A stretch of DNA of 58,444 nucleotides from Chromera velia (Eukaryota), in the NCBI GenBank assembly GCA_018398765.1, contig JAHBMJ010000053.1, positions 1 to 58,444 on the forward strand, read 5' to 3'. Position numbers and translations under genes: made by a program. Of the stretch, positions 13,321 to 23,207 are shown in pieces. Positions within the stretch are counted from its first letter, which is position 1. Every line of letters begins with the position of its first letter. The notes under the pieces were generated by a model that saw only the letters and a program-made list of their open reading frames with translations, did no database searches and was not told the origin of the DNA.

Positions 13321-14670
13321 ATCGTCATCCATATCCCGAGTTAGCTGGATATTTCTAACGTTAGGCAGGGAAAAGTTGTTATTTTCTAGGATGCCACGCT
13401 ACACTGCCGTGCTACTTATAATTAGCTTTTACCTCTATGACGTGCTTTGACTCCTACTTGTATAGAAAGGAGAGTACGCATTCGTAGAAAAAAAAAGGCG
13501 CGAGGGCGAGGAGTTGAGTCACTTGAGGAAAAACGAGTCTCTATACTAGATGTTTGCTGACATGCACCACCATGCAGAACTTGAAGAACAAGGAAAGTGG
13601 GATTCCGTACATGGAAGCACAAACGGCCTAGGTGACACGAGTGGAGAAAGACCGGCACCCTAATTAACTGGAGAAAAGACATGCACGGAGCTTAGGCGTG
13701 ACGAAGAGAGGAAATACAAACAAGGCATCCATGAAATGGGTGAGGAGAAGAGAGGGAGCGAGTGAGGAGGAAAGAAGAAATTGCAGAGGAGAAAGGACAT
13801 CATGATCGACAACGTACAGAGCATGAATAATGCAGAGCAGGAACTTGAAGAAAGTTCGCCCAGATTGCAGGGCATGCAAAGGGCCAAGACGCACGAGAAG
13901 AAAGGGACGGTGACATTTCAGAAAGGTAATTTAGAATTTGAGAGGGAGTCTCAGAGAAGACAATTTGGGCGAAGAGGAGAGGGAGTGCAAGCATGCTCGC
14001 TTGCTTGAATCCAAACCATGTTCCCCCAGCCGTTTAATTGGGCGTTTAAGCCCTGTCTTTGGGAAATCGACATGCATACGTGATGCGAATCAATCTTAGG
14101 ATACATGTTGAGATAGATGACGTTGCCATGTTCAACAGTTTCCTTCATGTCATGCAGTCTTACGATGACCATTTTCCTCCTCCATTTTTTCTCAGAGAGC
14201 CAAACGGGCCTCTCTCCCCCCCACAACAAAAAAAAAGTCAAAATGGAACGGGACCCAACGTTTTGAGTCCTCGATCACCCAATGCATACATTACGAGTTT
14301 TTGCATGGCAGCTGCTGTATCTGTCACACACACTTCATTTTATTCATTCATGCTTTTCCAGCGCCCATTCTCATTCTGAGGAGACGTACTAGGGAGGAGA
14401 GACCGTGGATAAGCAAGCAGGTCAGTCATATTGACGCGCTTTGAGTGAAAATATGGGCAGCTGAGACGCTTCTTCGCCTCGCACGCTTTCGGCTTCCAGC
14501 ATATGGCTTTCGCTTGTCCATTGTCTCTGTCTCTCTTTGTTTACAGCCGTAACGTCCGCCTGCTGTCTTTTCCTTTCCTTTCCTTTCTTTTCCTTTCCTT
14601 TCCTTTTACTAGCCGCCGGTCGACCATGCAAAGAAAATTTTAGAGAGAAGAGCCAGCGATGATGAAAAAC

Positions 14671-15304
14671 TTAAATTTGCGTGCGTCGTTGTTTCAAGGA
14701 TCCATCAGGTCCATTCCTCCGTTCGTACATTGAATACAAAATATCACATGCAGTGAATGCCAGGCAGCAAAAATCGGAAAATGAATTAAGTTTCCTTTTG
14801 GAGAGACAGACATATGAGGCGTACCAGCGCCACAGTATATGGCATACCTCTTTTTGCGCCTTGGAGAGCTTTTTCGAGTTTTCAACCTGAGGGAAAAATC
14901 TTTTCCTGTTCCCAAATCGTTTGTTGTAATGCAAGCACACGCATGCCAGTCGTTGATCTTAGTGAACATAGATTGATCCTCCTTCTTCCTTGTTCTCCCT
15001 GGCTTTCTGCATGCCCTCCTCCCAGTGTGCTGTTTCGAATACAAAACACTCTGCTTTGTGATAGAATGACGGACGGACGGACGGACGGACGGACGGACGA
15101 ACACGCAGACAGACAGAAAGGTCAGCATCTACTCCTTTCCTCCTTCTCGCGTCCGCCTCTGTACGTGTGTGCCAGGTTGACTATCTGACAGGGTCTGCAC
15201 ATCTGTGCACAGAACGGAAGAACATCCGAAAGTGCGCGCACTGACTTCCCATCCTTCCACTTCTTGATTACAAACGCGGACACTTCGCCAGAAAAGAACA
15301 AAAA

Positions 15305-15353
<49 letters not shown>

Positions 15354-15364
15354 AGAAAGACAAA

Positions 15365-15400
<36 letters not shown>

Positions 15401-17868
15401 AGCAAAGCTCGTTCGTTCTTTCATGCTTTGCTTGCTTCCTTCCTTCCTTCCTTGGCATCTTTCGTCCCTTTTTCTAAAATTTGAGCAGCAGGCCTTGCTT
15501 GTGAATTCTTCATGGGTTGAGTGCGTACATGTTTCTTTTCTTTTCAAATGTTGCTTGTCATTGGCATTCTCCAACCGAGTACATGAATGAAACTAGGTGC
15601 CTCTGTCCATGTAGGGATACGATTCCGTGAATAATTTGGTGTCTTTCACGTATTCAATTTGTCTGGTTCCTTTTGATTCTTTTTCAAGCGATCCCACCCC
15701 CTTCCCCCCCTTTTCCCTTCGTTTTAACGCTCTAGAAAAACATCCAATCATCCTGATTCTTTGATTGATTGCTCCGTCCATCCATCCAGCACCCGAGTGA
15801 TGATGCCTCCCTCTGCCTTTCCACTTGATCGCCTCAACCCTGCATGCCAGTGACTGACTGACTGACTGACTGAGAGCATCGATATGGAACCAGTGTCACG
15901 CAACCTGAAAACGGTGGTCACGCTTACATGACCGTGGTTGTTCCTCGTCGAGGCTTTTGACTTTCAAGCCGATCCCCCATTTTCTGTTTTTCCAACTCTT
16001 GCGAGTATTTAATTCTTTTCCGCTGTTTGTATCAATACATGCAGTCAGATTCGCACACGCCATGCAGAGAGAGAAGTCAACGGAGAAGTATGCAAGAAGG
16101 AGAGAATGGTCGCTGTATGAATGGTCAGTTTTCAAGATTCGACGAGGACAAAAATGCGTCTCGAAAGGGGGAACAGAGAATTTCAGAAAAGCGAGAGGGT
16201 TTGCATGTCTCCTCGTTCCCTATTTGCCCCCTCAGTTCCCTCCCGCCCTCTGAGAGACCTGACTCATTTTTATTTCTCCTGCCCTAAGGGGATCAACAAA
16301 CCTTTTCCACCTCAATCAGCTTGGGCTGAGATATTAGATGGAAACCGTGTGTCTCTCACTGCTCCCGGGGCGCCTCCAGCGGACCCAGGGAAGTCAGCTG
16401 ACCCCTTCCCATTCTCCTTCCGAGCTTCTTGATTGCAGAAAAAGAAAGTCTCCTTGACGGCTCCCAGGTCCATGCTGGCAGTTCGGAAGGACGCCTTCTT
16501 TTTCGAATCTCCAGAGCTGCGTTTGGCCTTGTTTCTCCTCTCTCGGACTGTCTGAAGAGGCGTCATGGCACTCACAAGCTGCACGCACGCACGCACACAC
16601 ACACACATACACACACACACACCAATACACACACACCAACACACACACACTCACACACACACACACACACACACACACGTATCAATGCATGCATACATAC
16701 ATACATACACATACAAAACAACTGATACCACAGACTGTCTACACTCCTTATAGTAATTGCATTTTTCTGTCTTTCTGAATTCTGGTCTGACGCCTTTCTC
16801 GTCGCTTACGGAAGCTGAGGAGGCCCATGAGAAGATTGCAAGAAACGGAAAGCGAAACCAAAGGCGCTGCAGGACGAACAAAGGAAGTGCTGAGGTAGAA
16901 CCAATCGTACCGTTGGTAGGCGAGTAGAACAGGAAGGACCTTGAAGATCGATCTGGGTTTTTCTTTTCTAGCAATGAGCAGAATGGATGCAGGCGGGCCC
17001 CCTTGCATATTCGCCGAAGAGAGGAAAAAAGGGGGAGAGTGGGGTGGACCGCTATGATGTATGTAGTAGACACCTTGAGAGTGCCCCTTTCTCTCCTACT
17101 GTCTCACCCTTGTCGGCGAATTCTCTGAAAGAGGGTCCGTGGTCCCGGAGATGGGTGAGATCTCCCCGCCCGGAGACTGCTCTCTGCCCAGCGCCCTCGT
17201 CGTGCCGCTGGTCATGTGAGGAATGAAAGGCTGCTGCAGACGAAGAAATATGAGGGAAAGAAGTTTCAAGCAGAGTAATTGGAGAGAAAGGAAAGTGAAA
17301 TGGAGGGAGGGTTAAGAGGTTACCTCTGAACCTGACCTGCAAGAGGAGAAGTTGGAATGAGTTTGCTCTTCATTGGGAGTTTCTTCGCTTATTTTTTTGA
17401 GTGGTCAGTCAGACAAGCAGAAAGACGGACAGGCAGGCAATCAAAAAAATCTGACAAATGCAAACAGACAGAGATGGATAAGAGTGGCACGTAGATAAGA
17501 GTGGCAATCAAAATCAAGGGGTGCATGGTTTTGTGTCTACCCAATGTACGTCTGCATTCTGTTCAAAAAGCTCACCACGTCACTGCCCCTTCGAATCGGG
17601 ATGAGCCCGCTGAGTCTCTTCTGCATCAGTCGTACGGATGCTGTGGGGGGACAGGTGAAGATCCGGGGAGGCGGTAGTGTGGAGGAGGAGTTCTGCTGGT
17701 AAGCGCGGTCTGCGTCTTTTTGCATCAGACTCGTCAAAGAAAGGCCCTGGAAGAGCACGCAGAAAAAGACAAGAGAGAAGGATAATGGGAAAGCGCGAAT
17801 GGATGACTGAAACGAAACGAAGAAAAAACAAAGGCAGAAAGGAAGAAAGAAAGGAAGGACGGAACAAA

Positions 17869-17908
<40 letters not shown>

Positions 17909-19462
17909 AACAAACACAGAAAGAAAAAAAGAAAGAAAGAACGATTGCGGGCTTTGTGGGCAGGATACACTAGCACAAAGAGACGGGGTCTTTCCATGGA
18001 CAGAAAAGCAATGCAAAGCACCTTGTGAGGAAAAAAAAACTAACTATCCGAGGAAACTCCAAAGCTTCGCACTTAGTTCTGTCTGTTTGTCTTGTACACG
18101 ACTCGGCGTACCGACTCGCTGACTCACCTCATGTTCCCTTGTGACAGATCCGGCAGGGCTGAAAGAATTCGTCATCGCAGAGGAGGCCCGGGTGGTCACG
18201 CTGGGCATCAGCGCAGCACACTCGGCATCCAAGTCGACGGCATACTCTGCTAGGGTCTGAGTAAGCACAGGCGCTCCACTGAGAAGTTTGGGCTCTGGCA
18301 CGGGAAAGTGGGGTGTGGTGGTTCGTGCAATCTTTTCTTTGTGTTTCGTGTCTGCTGTCTGTTGAAGCCTGTGTTCGGGGGATTGAGATGATTTCCCCTT
18401 TGAGCTTCGAGGGGAAGCATCCTCCAGGTTATCCCCGGAGTACTCTTTCGATGGTTGCGGTTTGACGCGGTGTTTTTTCCTGGCAGGAGAATTGGCGGGA
18501 CTGTCTGCTTCATTCTGCGTTGACGTCTGGTCTCCCTTTCCTGTGATTTTTGTCTTATGCGTTTCCTTCTGCGAGTCCTTCGGATTCGTTTTTGCTTCGT
18601 CCTCAGCCCCTTTCCCTGTCTTATTTTCGGCCTTTTCTGGGTGCCCTCCTATGCTCTTGTTTCCGTTCTCCTGCGCTCCCAAAGATCTATTTTTAGTCCT
18701 GTTTGGCTCCATCCATTCCCATGATAAACTTTTCTTCGTCTTGGTCTCTTTTTCTTCGTCCTTTGCCTCCTCCCCTGCTTTCCTCCTTCCCTCCTTTCCG
18801 TTCTTGCCTTCTTCCATCTCCTTCTGTTCCGCCCTCTCATCTGTGCCTCGTGTCCAGCAAACTTCCACCTTCTCCTTCACAGCACCTGACTCTTTCCTGA
18901 TGCCGCCCCCCCCCGTCACTTGGAAGGTCTGCAGGCAGAAAAAAATACACTCCTTTAATTCGATAGGAGAAATTTACTGCATGCACTGCTTGGAATTGCA
19001 GTCCCTCGACAGAGCACGGAGAAGGTATGTCGACTTATCTGCTCCATAAAAGGCAAAAGAAGGAGGCGGAAACAGAAGGCAGATTGTTGTATCCACAGCG
19101 GTTCTCTGTCTCGGCGACAGAAGAAGAACACGAAAATGACTGACCTTTGCAGGATCCGCGGGAATTCGCGGAGGCCTCCTCACTGGCTTGCCCGGTTCCT
19201 TCAAACAAACCATGGCGGTTTTGCAGTCAGGTCCTAAGTGGGCAAATGAGACTATGCCATCTTTCCCGCCTGGCCCTCCAACGAAGTCACAAGAGGAAGC
19301 ACCGGAATGCAACAAGGTGAATCCGATTGACGGTGCAACACGAGGAGACAGAGGGGTGTTGTCAAACGGCATACTGCTTGATTCGAAAGATTGAAGCTCT
19401 CTCCTGGCGTTTTCAACTTTCGACTTCTTCGGGCTTTGAGGCCGGATCAGCTGAATGGACAT
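14671..19462 (-). CDS. Multi-exon hypothetical protein (low-complexity K/E/S-rich N-terminal half); 3' exons uncertain
   Basis: Phase-consistent exons 19462-19145, 18928-18128, 17746-17576, a 13-nt micro-exon ~17336-17324, ~17233-17074, ~16952-16800 and ~16578-16402, with GT/AG boundaries and microsatellite-rich introns. Candidate terminal exon 14887-14671 (VENSKKLSKAQKEVCHILWRWY...TQI*). No domain recognised. Confidence 0.55.
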
Positions 19463-20108
19463 GCTTCACCTGTGGAAAGTGCACAGCTACACCTCAAACG
19501 AAGAGGGCAATATATATATTAATATATATAAGGACGAACAAATTGCTGGACTAAACGAACACCGGAATTTTGACTCCGGATCGACCACGAGCCATCACCC
19601 GTCAGCAGAAAGCTCCCGTTTGCGTCGTATCGTCACGTCTGGACCACCAGGCAGTGACACGTCTGTTCGAATGTGCTTGAGCTAGCTATAAGTAGCGTCT
19701 GGCTGTTGCTATATATATTTAGGGCGGAGTTTAGGGCTGTTGCTGACCGAAATGAATGCTTAATTCGATGCCATATCCAGGCAGGCCGCGGGCCCGGACG
19801 GGCCCGCGCAAGGGGCCGCGGCCAAATTCCCGGCCCGGCCGGGCTGGGTTCGGGTTCAGATGCGTATTGCTGCACTGTTGCACGCGCGAGTTGCACTTGC
19901 AACCTTGCAACACCTTGCAACGGCTGGCATGAATTTGCAGGCATGAAGTTGCATCGTTCAATTCATCATTGCATTCTCCAGAATTTACAGGCGACCACGC
20001 ATCCCTTAGTATCTACACACAGTTTTTGAACGGCAGTTGAACCTCGCTCCCTCTGTTGCTGTCTTTCGGAAACAATTCAACTGAGCCAATCCAAACAAGA
20101 CACAAACA

Positions 20109-20705
20109 ATGAGTATTCCGTACGGTCACGTGCACCAGGGTTATCTCAATGGTCATCAGCTTGGCTACAGACCACAACAGATTGCTTGGCAGATCGCCAA
20201 CCGCAACCCAGTCCAGAGAGGCAGCGGCCAAACTTTTACCGAGGCTGCTGAGAAGGCGTTTGAGAATTGGAAGGAGAAGGTGCCTCAGAATTTTACCGAG
20301 GCTGCTGAGAAGGCGTTTGAGAATTGGAAGGAGAAGGTGCCTCAGAATTTTGCCGAGGTTGCTGAGAAGGCGATTGAGGATTGGAAGACACTCTTCCCTC
20401 GACCTCGACAGGCGCAGACCAATGGGCAGAGAGGTAGACGGCCAAGAAGAGTGAAAGCGCAACCCAAGAGAGGATCTCGGAGAAGACAGCAATCCCTCCC
20501 TTCTTCGTCTTCTTCTCAGTCAAGTTCTGACGAGCTGGATCCTGAAGCAGCAAAGAACCTTGCTGTCGGTCTTATGGCCGTTGGTGCCGCGGGAGCCGTT
20601 GCATATGGAGCCAAGAAGGTTTACGACTGGTTCACAGAACGTCCTGAAGAGTAAGTTTGGCAAGAGATGATGCTGTTTGGTGGTGGTTGTAGTGGCGGTG
20701 GTAGT

Positions 20706-20747
<42 letters not shown>

Positions 20748-21381
20748 TATGTGTGTGTGTGTGTGTGCGTGCATGTATGTTGTGATAAGACGTTGGAATG
20801 GCCTTCTTCGCAATGCATCCCGGATCCAAACTCCTCTCTGAATACTCTGCTCATTTAAGATACACATGCATGCTTTGAACGAATGTACAAGATCTCACAG
20901 CGAATCTCTCTCGCATGGTTTGAAAGGCTATGCAAGAACTCATAGCGAATCTTTGCGTTGCAGCGCTTCCATGGGACCGGGTGGGGAGCGGCCGGTCAAC
21001 AGTGAACGGTTCAGGGAGCAGCCGCCTACAACCGCCGCAGCTCCTGCCGTCGCTCAGGGCTTTGAGGAGGAGTTGCAGTATGCTCAGCCACCCCGCTTGA
21101 CTCAAGGCTTTGTGGAACCGCCCCCTACTCACGTCGCAGCTCCTGCCGTCGCTCATGGCTTTGAGGAGAAGCAGCAGTTTTCAGTCTCGATGTTCCCCCC
21201 TGGGCGACTTGTCCTTGTGACTGGACTGCCTCCAGGTCATCAATTGAACGGAAAGAGGGGTGTCGTTCAGGGCTACAATCCTCTCACAGGAGCTGTGGAG
21301 GTTCGGCTCAATTGTGAAATGAACGGATTGGTATATGTGAATCTCAGGCCCGAAAATCTTGTGAGAAGCCTTCCAACTTAA
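20109..21381 (+). CDS. Hypothetical protein with 19-aa tandem repeats, one hydrophobic helix and a C-terminal SH3-like barrel; probably 2 exons
   Basis: The apparent stop of ORF 20109-20654 lies inside a GTAAGT donor (20651) followed by a (GT)n intron. Acceptors at 20891 or 20900 rejoin in the frame of ORF 20866-21381. The C-terminus FPPGRLVLVTGL...LNGKRGVVQGY...VEVRL...LRPENL fits the GL..LNG..G.V...V.L...P.NL small beta-barrel common in protist proteins. Confidence 0.6.
20234..20385 (+). repeat. Coding tandem repeat, 57-bp unit, about 2.7 copies (FTEAAEKAFENWKEKVPQN)
   Basis: Two identical 57-nt units followed by a third, diverged, partial unit. Confidence 0.9.
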
Positions 21382-22103
21382 TTGTGAGGTTGTTTGACCT
21401 CGACTTTGAATGGGATCCAGTGTGGTCTATGTAGTGTGACCGAAGAAATCTGCGTTTGATCGTTTCATTTTTGGAAGTGGGAATGGGGGTGATGGGCATT
21501 TTATGTCTTCTGCGATTCATGCTTGTCCACGTTTTGTACAATGAATGTCATGACAATTCCTGTTTTGTGGGTTATGAAGTTCTCTCTCTGTTTTCTGGGA
21601 TGCATTCTTGTATGGCATGCTTCCATGTCCATGCTTTGTAGATGACACTTCCTCCTGCGTAAATCAGTCTTCGTGTGGGGGTCTGAATTTTTTGTCATGT
21701 GACCAAGATGTTTTTATGAGAGGGAACATTGTTGTTGTACATTTTTTTGCTCAAAAATGGTTGTCTTCCAAAATTTATTGCAATGGCTCTTCCCCTTTCT
21801 GGCGGAACGATTTTTAGGTCCACTCATCTGCTCTATTGATGCAAGTCTCACTGATACATAGTTGTATGAAGTAGTTCTTCTTGTGCGTTACTTTTTGGTG
21901 AGTACTGGCTTCATGCAGTGTTTTTCAATCGAAATTTTGGAAGTTCTGTGTATTATGTGTGTCACGTACAGTCACAAAAGCGGCAGAATCGGACAATAAA
22001 GGTCATTGAACGCAAGTGGTTGAGCATTCACTGATTGAACATGTGTTCATGGCACAGGCCAGGCGGCCCAGACTTGTGCGGGCCGGCCAAGGAGGTCTGA
22101 TGC

Positions 22104-22192
22104 GTCTAGGCGCTTTCCTTGGAAGCCGCACGCCGGACATTCGGCGTTGGGGGGGGAGGCCAATAACCCCCTGTCCTATTCTATCCTATCCC
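22104..22192 (+). mobile_element. 5'-truncated 3' end of a LINE/SINE-like element (copy 1)
   Basis: ~60 bp matching 26653-26713, followed by a short TCCTA/TTCTA microsatellite tail. Confidence 0.55.
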
Positions 22193-23207
22193 AAGGTTGA
22201 GGTCAGTAGGAATTTAAAATTATTTAATAATGAACAGTATTAAGGATGAAGATTCTTCAACAAAACCTCAAACCAAATTAAGCAAACTTGAACAGAGATG
22301 ACAGTTTATGATCAGATGATATAAAATAATTAGTTTTTGATATTGGTACTGAAAGTACTGAAAAAGGACTGAAAACATCGTAAACAAAATGAAATTTCTG
22401 GTAAAATTTGGGGCCGGTTCGCTCTAAGCTTCGATAACTGGTTTAAAGGTTTTTTTTTGGTACAGTTGTTGCTGATTAACAACTCTTGGCGTCGATAATG
22501 TGTATGTAAAAGAATGAGCGTGCATTGGGTCCTAAGGCATATAAAGTATCCCTAGAAGTATTCAGACTACGCATGGCATATATAATATGGACTGGAACAC
22601 AAACAAAGGAGTACACAATTTTTATTTAATTTTTCGATCGCGCAACAGAAAAAAACAGCTAGAAAAGCAGTCCTGCATTACAAAACTGGAATGGACTCGG
22701 GACTCCAGGACGGCTTGGTGAACTGCCAGGACTATAGTATGCATGGTGAAAGATGGCCATGTATGGCTATGCCACATTTGCGTATGCAACAATGCAACAC
22801 TGAGTGCAGTGCAACAGTGCATGCAACACTGTGCAACAGATGAGCTATAGGGGTTGTCTGCATGGGTTCTTTTGACACATAGAATCGCGACATGCTCAAG
22901 TGCATGGAAACTTCAACTCGCTTCCCCGGGCACAGTTGATCAAATTTGCACGACTTAAGCCACTTCAGACTTTGCAGACTTCAGACTTTTACACCCACTT
23001 GGTCGATACACGATTGAGTCACGCCACAATCGGTTCTTGACGGTATCCATTCGATGGTGAGATTTGTCTTGAGTTGGGAGTCCGACCTTTCCAAATCAGA
23101 CGCCTGAACTCGAAGGGAGTCGAAGCGAGCCAGGAGTTGCAGACAACATTCCCCGTTGCTGTCTGCAGACCCTCTGCAGACCTGAGCCGACACGCAGTGA
23201 ATTTAAG

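Noticed and set aside
13600..14008. Purine-rich coding-like stretch (RRKDIMIDNVQSMNNAEQELEE)
   Set aside because: Short, interrupted upstream by stops, with no recognisable domain or supportable gene model.
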